A stretch of DNA of 47,609 nt from Eubacteriales bacterium (GTDB taxonomy: Bacteria; Bacillota; Clostridia; Oscillospirales; CAG-382), in NCBI GenBank assembly GCA_045604285.1, contig JAZUNS010000043.1, forward strand, positions 1-47,609, given 5' to 3'. This document shows positions 1-8,822 of the stretch, one piece after another. The position numbers and the translations under genes were made by a program. Within the stretch, counting starts at the first letter, position 1, and each line of letters opens with the position of its first letter. Under the pieces are notes generated by a model. That model was not told the origin of the DNA. It worked only from the letters and a program-made list of their open reading frames with translations, and made no database searches.

Positions 1-1184
1 CGGTTTGTGCAGCCTTAAACTTTTTACCGTTAGGAACGCCGCCACCGATTTCTTCAACAACAGTACGGAGAGGAGTACCGATAGCAACTTCAACAAGACC
101 GGTGTTGTTATTCTTACCGCCAAGAGCAAACACCTTGGTGCCCTTGCTCTTTTCAGTACCCATGGAAGCAAACCATTCGGGACCGTAATTAATTATCTGT
201 GCAATATTTGCATAGGTTTCAACGTTGTTAAGAATTGTGGGCTTCTGGAACAAACCTTTAAGTGCAGGGAAAGGAGGACGAGGTCTGGGTTCACCACGCT
301 TACCTTCGATAGAAGTCATAAGAGCAGTTTCTTCACCGCAAACGAATGCGCCTGCACCAAGTCTGATTTCGATATCAAAGTCAAAGCCCTTACCGAAAAT
401 ATTCTTACCGAGCAAACCGTATTCTCTTGCCTGCCTAATAGCAATTTCAAGTCTTTCAACTGCAATGGGGTACTCAGCTCTGATATAAATATAACCCTGA
501 GAAGCGCCGATTGCGTAACCAGCAATTGCCATAGCTTCCAAAACTGCGTGAGGGTCACCCTCGAGTATGGAACGGTCCATAAACGCACCGGGGTCACCTT
601 CGTCTGCATTACAGCAAACGTACTTTTGATCTGCCTGGTTTGCTGCTGCAAAGCTCCACTTAAGACCGGTGGGGAAGCCTGCGCCGCCTCTGCCGCGAAG
701 ACCGCTTGCCTTAACGATATCAATTACCTGTTGAGGGGTGTATTCTTCAAGACACTTAGCCAAAGCAGCATAGCCGTCGTATGCTATGTACTCATCAATA
801 GCTTCAGGATTGATAACACCGCAGTTGCGGAGAGCAACTCTCTTCTGCTTGCGATAGAAATCGGTATGGTTAAGGGATTTAATGGAATCTTCGGTAACGG
901 TTTCTTTGTAAAGTAATCTCTTTACGGGTCTACCTTTGATGAGATGCTCATTAACAATCTCTTCCATGTCCTCAGGCTTAACTGCGGAATAGAAGCATCC
1001 TTCGGGATAAACGATCATTATAGGACCTACAGCACAAAGGCCAAAACAACCGGTTTTAATAATTTTTATCTCTTCTTCAAGAGAATTCTTTTTAAGCTCA
1101 GCTTCAAGAGCTTCTATAACTGCCGCACTACCGGAAGCAGTACAACCGGTACCGCCGCAGATAAGTATATGTGAACGATACATC
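1..1184 (-). CDS. hydB: NuoF-like NADH/FMN-binding flavoprotein subunit (HydB type) of a multimeric, probably electron-bifurcating [FeFe]-hydrogenase; C-terminus cut by the window edge
   Basis: Absent from the ORF track because there is no stop inside the window. My own minus-strand translation from the ATG at 1184-1182 gives MYRSHILICGGTGCTASGS...GLRGRGGAGFPTGLKWSF...CNADEGDPGAFMDRS...GAGAFVCGEETALMTSIEG. This shows an N-terminal thioredoxin-like Cys module plus NuoF FMN/NADH motifs. AGGAGG lies 9 nt upstream, and the gene is co-oriented behind hydC and the ferredoxin gene. Confidence 0.9.
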
Positions 1185-1198
1185 CTTTTCGCTCCTCC

Positions 1199-1570
1199 TT
1201 ATAATTTAGACTCACCGATGGTATACTCAGCAACAACGTTACCATTAACGATGTGATCGTTAACAACTTTTGCTACCTTTTCTGGGGTCATCTTAACATA
1301 AGTAACCTTCTCTTCATTGCCAACGTAAACCTCAACAACGGGCTCGTATTGGCATATACCGATACAACCGGTTTGGGAAATAGCAACATTAGTAAGGCTA
1401 CGCTTAGCTATTTCTTCGGTAAAAGCCTTCATAACGGGCTTAGCGCCTGCTGCTATACCGCAGGTAGCCATACCGATAACAACTCTTACAGAAGCGCTAT
1501 CATCGTTTCTGATGCCCATTTTATCTTGCATCTTAGCTTTTAAAGCTTTGAGTTCTTCCAAACTTTTCAT
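1199..1570 (-). CDS. small thioredoxin-like [2Fe-2S] ferredoxin (HydD-like accessory protein of NADH-dependent [FeFe]-hydrogenase operons)
   Basis: 123-aa ORF with the pattern VRVVIGMATCGIAAGA...QTGCIGICQYEPVVEV. Located between the HATPase gene and hydB; its stop overlaps the hydB RBS. Confidence 0.8.
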   Translation of the reverse strand: MKSLEELKALKAKMQDKMGIRNDDSASVRVVIGMATCGIAAGAKPVMKAFTEEIAKRSLTNVAISQTGCIGICQYEPVVEVYVGNEEKVTYVKMTPEKVAKVVNDHIVNGNVVAEYTIGESKL

Positions 1571-1594
1571 TATAATTTTCCTTTCAGTAACGAT

Positions 1595-2131
1595 TCAATG
1601 ATTTGAATTTTCTTTGAGATAGCTCTCAATAAACATTGCCACCTCAGGTTCGTTTAACGATATACCCTCACCAAGAATCTCTTTTATTTCGGTAGTGGAA
1701 AATACAAACTTTTTGTCATCCTTTACCGACGTAAACAGAAAATCAATATGAGTATTTAACGTAACAAGACAGGCAACTGTCGAGCATATATCACCCAAAG
1801 GCATACAGTCAATACTATCCGTATGATATACCGCCTTAACGACGGTACCCTTCCCAACTACCGATTCGATAGAAAACGATCCACCGGTCTGCTCAGCCGT
1901 TTGTTTAAGAAACGGTAACCCCAAACCGACCTTGCGTGTTTTCCTCGTAGTAAAGAACGGATCACAAACATTTTTGACCATATTTTCATCCATGCCGCAA
2001 CCATCATCTTTAATGGTTAATACCATAACAGACTCCGCAGTATTTTCGCAAACAGAAATCTCTATCAGTTTTGCGCCGGCAGAAACAGAATTTTGGGCAA
2101 CATCCAAAACGTTCAAAGAAAGTTCATGCAT
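1595..2131 (-). CDS. stand-alone histidine-kinase-type ATPase domain protein (HATPase_c only; no DHp/His box, sensor or TM segment)
   Basis: 178 aa with N-box LNVLDVAQNS, G1 DDGCGMD and G2 GLGLPF. Only a 3-nt gap separates it from the hydC stop, so it is embedded in the hydrogenase structural operon. Confidence 0.8.
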   Translation of the reverse strand: MHELSLNVLDVAQNSVSAGAKLIEISVCENTAESVMVLTIKDDGCGMDENMVKNVCDPFFTTRKTRKVGLGLPFLKQTAEQTGGSFSIESVVGKGTVVKAVYHTDSIDCMPLGDICSTVACLVTLNTHIDFLFTSVKDDKKFVFSTTEIKEILGEGISLNEPEVAMFIESYLKENSNH

Positions 2132-2134
2132 ATC

Positions 2135-2626
2135 TTAATACTTAGCAAGTATATCGTCTAAATCCTTAACAACCAATCTGCCATATACGTCATCATTGAT
2201 TGTAATAACAGGAGCGAGACCGCAAGCGCCTACGCAACGACAAGCTTCCAAAGAGAATTTACCGTCAGGCGTACAGCCACCACCGGTAATGCCAAGTTTC
2301 TGCTGAAGTGCATCATACAAATCACCCGCACCCTTAACGTAACATGCAGTACCAAGGCAAACGGATATTCTGTAATCGCCCTTAGGATTGATGGAGAAGA
2401 AAGAGTAGAATGTTACTACACCGTATACTTCCTCCAGCGGCACGTCAAGACCTTCTGCTACATCAATCTGCACTTCAAGAGGCAGATATCCGTAAATCTC
2501 CTGTGCCTTTTTAAGCACTTGAACAAGTGCGCCGGGAACATCTTTGTACTCAGCAATTACTGCGCAAAGCTGTTCTTTTTGCTCAGGTGTGCCCTTGAAG
2601 GGCAGAGTCTCGAGCTTGTTCTTCAT
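2135..2626 (-). CDS. hydC: NuoE-like [2Fe-2S] subunit (HydC type) of the multimeric [FeFe]-hydrogenase
   Basis: 163 aa with the NuoE Cys pattern CLGTAC...CRCVGAC. RBS AAGGAGGG lies 9 nt upstream of the ATG. Confidence 0.88.
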   Translation of the reverse strand: MKNKLETLPFKGTPEQKEQLCAVIAEYKDVPGALVQVLKKAQEIYGYLPLEVQIDVAEGLDVPLEEVYGVVTFYSFFSINPKGDYRISVCLGTACYVKGAGDLYDALQQKLGITGGGCTPDGKFSLEACRCVGACGLAPVITINDDVYGRLVVKDLDDILAKY

Positions 2627-2680
2627 TTGTGTTAAACCCTCCTTAAAGCATATATATTATTGCTTTTTTCTAACCAATTA

Positions 2681-2709
2681 ATTATATCATACAAAAGCAA
2701 AACAGTCAA
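2681..2709 (-). promoter_or_regulatory. sigma-A type promoter for hydC-HATPase-fdx-hydB
   Basis: The minus strand reads TTGACT-17 nt-TATAAT, about 50 nt upstream of the hydC ATG. Confidence 0.7.
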
Positions 2710-2773
2710 GGTTAAAAGACTACCATTTTCTGCAATTTTCGCACAATTTTAATGCTTTTATTTAACGTTTTTG

Positions 2774-3487
2774 TTACTTACTGCTTAAATAACGGAAAAC
2801 GGATAAGCGATCTCGTTCTGAGAGATTTATTACGGAACAGCGCCACGCCTCTGCAATTGACAGCAAATCGTGAGCATCTGAGCTTTTAACAAATTTCAAG
2901 AACGGAAACCTTTCTCGATACTGTTCTTCCGAAGCGTTGGGAGTAACCTCGGCACGGTAATAGCCCATGTCGGCATCTATATCACCCAGCACGCTAAGAA
3001 CACCGTTGGAATGCCTATCTATATGTGCAAGTGTTGCAATACCGCCATACTCCTCAGCAAGGGCAACCACATCGTAAATACCAATAGCCGTCGCAGTAAT
3101 AAGCAACACGGGCTCCTCGGCAACAATGTTATCCGATGCGTCCATATAATACTGATTTCCGTAAATATCGACCCTGTTCATAATAGGCATACGCTGTGTT
3201 GCTACATGTTTGTCAAAAGCTTCAGCCTTGTCAATATCGGGAAATATAACGGTAACGTGAATTTCTTCCGAGGTTGTAATCTCCATCCCCGGCAGAACAA
3301 TAAGCCCGTTTGCATCGCCGACCTCAATAGTAGACCTGCAATTACCGCAGGTATTATGATCTGTAAGCGCTATTACATCCAGTCCGTTAAGCAATGCCAT
3401 GTTAACTATATTGTTAGGGGTCATATCATCATCGCCGCACGGGGAAAGGCATGAATGAATATGAAAATCACAATTTAATAATGCCAT
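2774..3487 (-). CDS. PHP-domain metal-dependent phosphoesterase
   Basis: 237 aa. N-terminal DFHIHSCLSPCG...ALTDHNT and later LAHIDRH...SSDAH are His/Asp motifs typical of the PHP (polymerase/histidinol phosphatase) fold. Confidence 0.8.
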   Translation of the reverse strand: MALLNCDFHIHSCLSPCGDDDMTPNNIVNMALLNGLDVIALTDHNTCGNCRSTIEVGDANGLIVLPGMEITTSEEIHVTVIFPDIDKAEAFDKHVATQRMPIMNRVDIYGNQYYMDASDNIVAEEPVLLITATAIGIYDVVALAEEYGGIATLAHIDRHSNGVLSVLGDIDADMGYYRAEVTPNASEEQYRERFPFLKFVKSSDAHDLLSIAEAWRCSVINLSERDRLSVFRYLSSK

Positions 3488-3489
3488 AA

Positions 3490-3828
3490 TTATTCACTTT
3501 CATTTAGCAAGCGCGAAATATCAATCGCCAGTGAAAAGCTGTTAGCTTTACTGCCGAAAAGCGCTATGTCTTCAGCTTTAGCGCGCATCAACAAATTTTC
3601 GTCCGGCTGCACGTCCTCAACGAGTATTATGCAGGATACGTCTCTCAACACGGCAACTGCCGCAACGTTAACGTTGTTCATCACAGTCATCCATGCGCTG
3701 CCGCTGTCAGCACGGCCCATAACCCAGCTTAACAAATCACCGCAATATCCGGAACTGATAATTTTATCTTCGCCGGCGTTAAAAACCGTAAAATTTAGTT
3801 TTTCCGCTAATACAGAACTTGTTAACAT
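3490..3828 (-). CDS. small DRTGG-domain-like protein (copy 2)
   Basis: 112 aa, paralogous in length and pattern to the 5532-5888 protein (GDLLSWVMG / SDMMSDVLA, then a hydrophobic beta-alpha pattern). 2-nt gap to the PHP gene and 1-nt gap to the upstream gene. The family assignment is from memory of similar annotated neighbourhoods. Confidence 0.6.
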   Translation of the reverse strand: MLTSSVLAEKLNFTVFNAGEDKIISSGYCGDLLSWVMGRADSGSAWMTVMNNVNVAAVAVLRDVSCIILVEDVQPDENLLMRAKAEDIALFGSKANSFSLAIDISRLLNESE

Positions 3829-3829
3829 A

Positions 3830-5086
3830 TCATTCCTCCGAATCGGAAATTTTTAATTCCTTCGTTTTAAAAACGCACTCCTCTATGGTAGCATTTCCGC
3901 ACACAATATCCTCTGCCAATGCACGGCAGGTCGGTGCACCGCATGCGCCGCAGTCCAATCCAGGCAACATTGCTTCAATAGCTTTAAGGCGGCGCATTTT
4001 TTTCATGGCCACTTCCCTATTCTCATCCAGTCTGAAAATTGTTTCAAACTGCAAATTCTGTTCCCAGAACATATTAGAAGGATCGTTGTTTCCGCGATTA
4101 AGCATCAGCGGCAAATACCTTCGCAACGCAGTTATACGCGAGCGTGCAACAAATGGATTTGCCACGTTAAGAACTCCGCCAACACAGCCGCCGGGGCAAG
4201 CGCTAAGTTCGACAAAAGCAGTATCCGGAAGTTTTCCGTCCTCAATTTCTTCTAAAACGTCAATGACGTTTTCTATGCCGTCAGCATATATATAATTATC
4301 CGTCAGTAAGCCCGCACATTCGCCGCCACTTTGAGCCCAATTTATGCCCACAATGCCGGAGCGCATAAGCTGCTCGGGGACATCGACTTTTTTCAGCGCA
4401 GCCAACAACTTTATATAAACATCATTTACGGAAAAAACTCCGTCAATAAGAGATTTTGCGCCGGCGACCGGACTTTTACATGACGTGACCTTTGCAGGAC
4501 ATGGCGAAATAAAGAACACACCGATTTTTTCCGGAGACAACCCCGTATTTCTTATCGCCTCTTCTTTTGCCATCTGCGCCGCTATATGCAATGGCTCCGT
4601 TATCGGAAGGACACTATTGCAAAGATCCGGGAAACGCACCTTTATTAAGCGCAAAACGGCAGTGCAAGCCGAACTGATAACGGGACCGTCGGTACAAGCA
4701 CGAAGTTGATCGAGGCTTTCTCGGGTCAAATGTGAAACTTTTTCTGCCGCAGTAGAAACCTCAAACACTTGGTCGAAACCGATATTTTTTAAAGCTGTTA
4801 ATATGTAATTAATATCATCAACCAAAAACTGACCGTACAGTGACGGCGGTGCGAGCACAACCTTGTATTCGAAGTTATTTATCATGTCAAAGTCATCACA
4901 AATAGCTTTCTTTGCACGATTATGACATATTCTTATACAAGCACCACAATCTATGCAACGCTCGGTTATTATTCTTGCTTTACCGTCTCTTACGCGGATA
5001 GCCTCAGTCGGGCAATGCTTCATACAGTTTATGCAGCCTTTACACTTGTCCTTATCAAGTGTAACGGAATGAAAAACTCTATCCAT
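3830..5086 (-). CDS. [FeFe]-hydrogenase-like (H-cluster domain) protein, putative sensory or non-catalytic: 2x[4Fe-4S] ferredoxin domain + Fe-hydrogenase large-subunit C-terminal domain + C-terminal Cys-rich Fe-S module
   Basis: 418 aa. Ferredoxin motifs CKGCINCMKHCP and CIDCGACIRIC. H-cluster motif equivalents ISSACTAV, FFISPCPAK and ELSACPGGCVGGV. C-terminal CGACGAPTCRALAEDIVCGNATIEEC. Confidence 0.8.
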   Translation of the reverse strand: MDRVFHSVTLDKDKCKGCINCMKHCPTEAIRVRDGKARIITERCIDCGACIRICHNRAKKAICDDFDMINNFEYKVVLAPPSLYGQFLVDDINYILTALKNIGFDQVFEVSTAAEKVSHLTRESLDQLRACTDGPVISSACTAVLRLIKVRFPDLCNSVLPITEPLHIAAQMAKEEAIRNTGLSPEKIGVFFISPCPAKVTSCKSPVAGAKSLIDGVFSVNDVYIKLLAALKKVDVPEQLMRSGIVGINWAQSGGECAGLLTDNYIYADGIENVIDVLEEIEDGKLPDTAFVELSACPGGCVGGVLNVANPFVARSRITALRRYLPLMLNRGNNDPSNMFWEQNLQFETIFRLDENREVAMKKMRRLKAIEAMLPGLDCGACGAPTCRALAEDIVCGNATIEECVFKTKELKISDSEE

Positions 5087-5109
5087 CAGATATCAACCTT
5101 TCCGATGAA

Positions 5110-5535
5110 TTAAGAATTGCAGACCTTCATATATACAGTCGTTCCTACGCCTAACTCAGTTTCAATTCTGAATTCATCACAATATTTTTTCATATTAGGC
5201 AACCCCATTCCTGCGCCAAAGCCCAAAGCACGGATTCTATCCGGTGCGGTAGAATAGCCTTCGGACATAGCAAGCTCTACGTCTGCTATGCCGGGCCCCT
5301 TGTCGGCAAGAGTTATAGAAACACATTCATCACAAACCTCAACGGTAGCTATACCTCCGTTTGCATGAATCACCATGTTGATCTCACCTTCATACATAGC
5401 AATAGAAACGCGTTTAATTAAGTCACCCGAAAAACCTAAAAGCTTTAGATTCTTTTTAACATCGGCAGACGCAACACCTGCGGACATAAAATCTGTTCCG
5501 TCCACTTCGTAAACATATCTTAAAACTTCGTTCAT
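5110..5535 (-). CDS. SpoIIAB-like anti-sigma-type serine protein kinase (HATPase_c_2-like)
   Basis: 141 aa with N-box-like YEGEINMVIHA, G1 DKGPGI and G2 GFGAGMGLPN. 4-nt overlap with the upstream DRTGG gene. Confidence 0.75.
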   Translation of the reverse strand: MNEVLRYVYEVDGTDFMSAGVASADVKKNLKLLGFSGDLIKRVSIAMYEGEINMVIHANGGIATVEVCDECVSITLADKGPGIADVELAMSEGYSTAPDRIRALGFGAGMGLPNMKKYCDEFRIETELGVGTTVYMKVCNS

Positions 5536-5888
5536 ACCATGTCACTGCCTTCATTTTTTAAGCCTGATGTATAAAGCAGTCCGCAGCTTGTATACATCCT
5601 ATAGGAAGTGCGCAAAAGCACAATACCGGCTTCTTCAGCAAGCCCAATTATCTGTTCGTTGGGGTTCTTTCCTCTTACAAAAACTATACATTTCATATCC
5701 ATCATCTCAGCAGTTCTTACAACCTGAGGATTTACCAAACCGGTCAACAAAACTGCATGATCTTTAACGTAAGCTAAAACATCACTCATCATATCAGAAC
5801 CGCAAGCAGATTTTACTTCCGTATCTAAAAGGTCAGCTCTACACAATACCTCTGCACCCAAAATAGATGCAACATCACTAATTTTCAT
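5532..5888 (-). CDS. small DRTGG-domain-like protein (copy 1)
   Basis: 118 aa; first gene of the packed cassette, with RBS GGAGAG upstream. Family assignment as for copy 2. Confidence 0.6.
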   Translation of the reverse strand: MKISDVASILGAEVLCRADLLDTEVKSACGSDMMSDVLAYVKDHAVLLTGLVNPQVVRTAEMMDMKCIVFVRGKNPNEQIIGLAEEAGIVLLRTSYRMYTSCGLLYTSGLKNEGSDMV

Positions 5889-5936
5889 AACAACACACTC
5901 TCCTTATTGTTTGTTAGCATTTAATACAACTACTAC

Positions 5937-6971
5937 TTAAGTTTTTAATTCACCGGATAAAATCTTTTTGTAATCCTCTAAGTTTGCTTTAAGCAATTTT
6001 GGAATATTTAAACCATACGGGCATCGAGAAATACACGTACCACACTCAATGCAATTTTCAATATTCATCATTATCGCAACATTTTCTTCAGACAACCATT
6101 GTGCCGAGGGACTTCTTCTTATTAACTGCGACATCCTTGCGCAATTATTAATTTTAATATTGACAGGACATGGCAAGCAATACCCGCAGGCACGGCAAAA
6201 ACTGCCGCTAAGATTCTTTTTATCTGCCTCTACATGCGCAATAACTTCTTCATTAAGTGCAGGAGGATTTGTAAGAAACGACAAGATTTCTTGCAATTCA
6301 CTTGTACGTTGGATTCCCCATATAGGCAAAACGTTTTCAAACTGCATAAGCCAAGCTGCGGCAGCATACGCATTTGTTATCAGCCCGCCGGATAACGCCT
6401 TCATAGCAATAAAACCAACATTGTATTCTTTGCATTTTTTAACAATATCAATATCAGCCTGACTTGCCAAATAACAAAACGGAAACTGCAAGGTTTCATA
6501 TAACCCAGATTCTATTGCTTCTACGGCGACGTTTGCGCGGTGATTGGTGATGCCTATATGCCTTATCTTACCTGCGGCTTTAGCTTCAAGCGCCGCATCA
6601 TATAATCCGTCCGCTCCGCCAGGTCTTGGACAGAACGCCGGATTATGAAACTGATATAAGTCAATATAATCAGTTTGTAATTTTTCAAGGCTGATTTTTA
6701 AGTCAGACTTAAAATCCTCTGCGGTAAGAGCAGCAGTTTTTGTAGCAATATAAATATTATGCCTAATACCTTTAAATGCCTTGCCAAGCTTTGCCTCACT
6801 ATCGGTATACATCCTTGCGGTATCAAAAAATCTAATCCCACCGTCATAGGCTGTGCGAAGCAAAGTTATCGCATCGTCTTCCGACACTCTTTGTATCGGC
6901 AAAGCACCAAAGGCGTGCCTTGGTACAACAATTCCGCTTTTTCCAAGAACTATATTATCGATATTGGGCAT
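5937..6971 (-). CDS. aldo/keto reductase fused to a C-terminal 2x[4Fe-4S]-type Cys module
   Basis: 344 aa. AKR N-terminus (FGALPIQR...IRFFDTARMYTDSE...GITNH) and C-terminal CRACGYCLPCP ... CIECGTCISRCP. Confidence 0.85.
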   Translation of the reverse strand: MPNIDNIVLGKSGIVVPRHAFGALPIQRVSEDDAITLLRTAYDGGIRFFDTARMYTDSEAKLGKAFKGIRHNIYIATKTAALTAEDFKSDLKISLEKLQTDYIDLYQFHNPAFCPRPGGADGLYDAALEAKAAGKIRHIGITNHRANVAVEAIESGLYETLQFPFCYLASQADIDIVKKCKEYNVGFIAMKALSGGLITNAYAAAAWLMQFENVLPIWGIQRTSELQEILSFLTNPPALNEEVIAHVEADKKNLSGSFCRACGYCLPCPVNIKINNCARMSQLIRRSPSAQWLSEENVAIMMNIENCIECGTCISRCPYGLNIPKLLKANLEDYKKILSGELKT

Positions 6972-6974
6972 TGG

Positions 6975-8669
6975 TTATTCCTCAATCTTAGCTTTTCTGT
7001 TCATTATCGCAGAAAGCTTTTCTAAATCAAATTTTTGACTTCTGTCATATTTGTATATACCATTCTGCTCTTGTTCCACGTCAGTAAGCTGCGTATAACA
7101 AAAGCCCATGATATAGGGACTATCCATAATGGCATCGCAAAGCCCTTTAAATCTATCGTAAAACTCATCAAGCGTCTTAGGTGCGTCGCCATATCCCCAA
7201 GCTTTTTCGTCAACGCTGTCCGACCATTTAATACCGCCGAACTCGCTTACAAAAAACGGTTCGCTTCCCCATTTCTTATTTTCATCTACCAGATCTGCAA
7301 TATTTTCAAAAGGAAGCATATTTTTGTATCGATCAGCCAATACAGCAGGATTTTGGTCGTAGAAATGCTCGTCAAAAATATCGGTTTCTACATGCACATA
7401 ACCTGAAGTATCAATGCAAGGTCTTGTACTGTCTAACGCCTTTGTCAGCTGATAGAAATGACGAACAGTTTTCTTAAAGTTCATGTCTCTGCATTCATTA
7501 TGCGGACACCATCCTATTATGGAAGGATGATTAAAATCTCTGTTTACTATATCTATCCACTCAGTAGTCATAGCACTTATATGACCGTCTCCGGTATCTA
7601 TGCCCCAATCGGCATATTCACCCCAAACCATATATCCATGAAGATCGCAATAATATAAGAATCGCTCTTCAAATACCTTTTGATGCAATCTTGCTCCGTT
7701 AAAGCCTGCCTTCATTGATAGAATAATATCATTTTCCAAATCCTTGTCCGTGGGCGCAGTATAAATACCGTCAGGATAAAACCCTTGATCCAAAACGAGG
7801 CGTTGAAATACAGATTTGCCGTTAAGCAAAAATTTACGACCGTCAAGAGAAATAGACCTTAGTCCAAAATAACTGTCAACTTTATCGTTTTCAAAGCTTA
7901 GCTTAATGTCGTACAGTCTGCCATTACCAAGCTCCCATAAGTGAAGCTCTGACAATTCAATTTGCAAAGCTGCAACACCGTTTGAAGAGTATTGGCTTCC
8001 TTGACCAACAAATTTTCCTTTATAGAAGATATTAGCTTCAAAGGTTCCAATACCTGCAAGCTCTGCAAAAATCGTTACATAGCGATTGTCAGAGCTGGTA
8101 ATATACTTTACTCTTTTAATATGTGTTTTTTCTACAAATTCAAGCCAGACAGTTTGCCATATGCCGGTAGTGCGAGTGTAAGAGCATCCGTATGACTCCA
8201 ATCGTGTGGACTGCTTGCCGGTCGGAATAGCAGTAGAGCGTTCATCATCTTCTGCAAAAACTGTAAGAATATTCTCACCGCAAACACAGAACTTTGAAAT
8301 TTCAAAAGAAAAGCTTGAATATCCCCCTATGTGTTCACCTACTTTGACTCCGTTAATATAAACAGTTGTTTTAAAGTCTACGGCGCCAAAATTAAGAACT
8401 ATTAACTTTTCAAGCTGATGTTCCTCTAAATTAAAGCTGCGTCTATACCAAACACCGTACATAAAAGCTTTTTCTTCAATACCCGAAAGTTTGCTTTGAG
8501 GGCAATACGGAACAATAACCCTTCTTGAAAAGTGTGATTCTGAACAATGATAGCCTTGTAATTCGCCCTTACACTCGTTATCAAATTCAAACTCCCACTC
8601 TCCGTTCAAATTCAACCAATTATCGCGAAAGAACTGCGGTCTTGGATACTCAGATCTTGGCTGGTGCAT
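6975..8669 (-). CDS. glycoside hydrolase family 2-like enzyme (beta-galactosidase / beta-glucuronidase / beta-mannosidase superfamily), no signal peptide
   Basis: The ORF track gives 6975-8714. I prefer the ATG at 8669 (MHQPRSEYPRPQF...) because GGAGG lies 8 nt upstream. Sugar-binding, Ig-like and TIM-barrel order is typical of GH2 (NFGAVDFKTTVYINGVKVGEHIGGYSSF..., GFNGARLHQK, WCPHNE). Confidence 0.8.
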   Translation of the reverse strand: MHQPRSEYPRPQFFRDNWLNLNGEWEFEFDNECKGELQGYHCSESHFSRRVIVPYCPQSKLSGIEEKAFMYGVWYRRSFNLEEHQLEKLIVLNFGAVDFKTTVYINGVKVGEHIGGYSSFSFEISKFCVCGENILTVFAEDDERSTAIPTGKQSTRLESYGCSYTRTTGIWQTVWLEFVEKTHIKRVKYITSSDNRYVTIFAELAGIGTFEANIFYKGKFVGQGSQYSSNGVAALQIELSELHLWELGNGRLYDIKLSFENDKVDSYFGLRSISLDGRKFLLNGKSVFQRLVLDQGFYPDGIYTAPTDKDLENDIILSMKAGFNGARLHQKVFEERFLYYCDLHGYMVWGEYADWGIDTGDGHISAMTTEWIDIVNRDFNHPSIIGWCPHNECRDMNFKKTVRHFYQLTKALDSTRPCIDTSGYVHVETDIFDEHFYDQNPAVLADRYKNMLPFENIADLVDENKKWGSEPFFVSEFGGIKWSDSVDEKAWGYGDAPKTLDEFYDRFKGLCDAIMDSPYIMGFCYTQLTDVEQEQNGIYKYDRSQKFDLEKLSAIMNRKAKIEE

Positions 8670-8735
8670 ATACAAACCTCCAAAGCTTATATTTAAAGTC
8701 CGATTATCAAGCAATTACAAATACAGAACGTTTCC

Positions 8736-8764
8736 ATTATAACAAGTATACATTATAATTTGAA
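8736..8764 (-). promoter_or_regulatory. sigma-A promoter with extended -10 for the GH2 gene
   Basis: The minus strand reads TTCAAA-17 nt-(TGT)TATAAT, about 65 nt upstream of the 8669 ATG. Confidence 0.55.
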
Positions 8765-8822
8765 TTATTGCAATAGTTTTTGTTCAAAACCACCTATCAA
8801 ATTAGAGCATATCACACAACGG

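Noticed and set aside
5-916. 303-aa plus-strand ORF, the longest tracked ORF at the left edge
   Set aside because: It is antisense to a clearly recognisable NuoF/HydB coding frame, which I translated from the minus strand. The plus-strand product is Cys/Asn/Phe-rich with no motif, so it is an antisense artefact.
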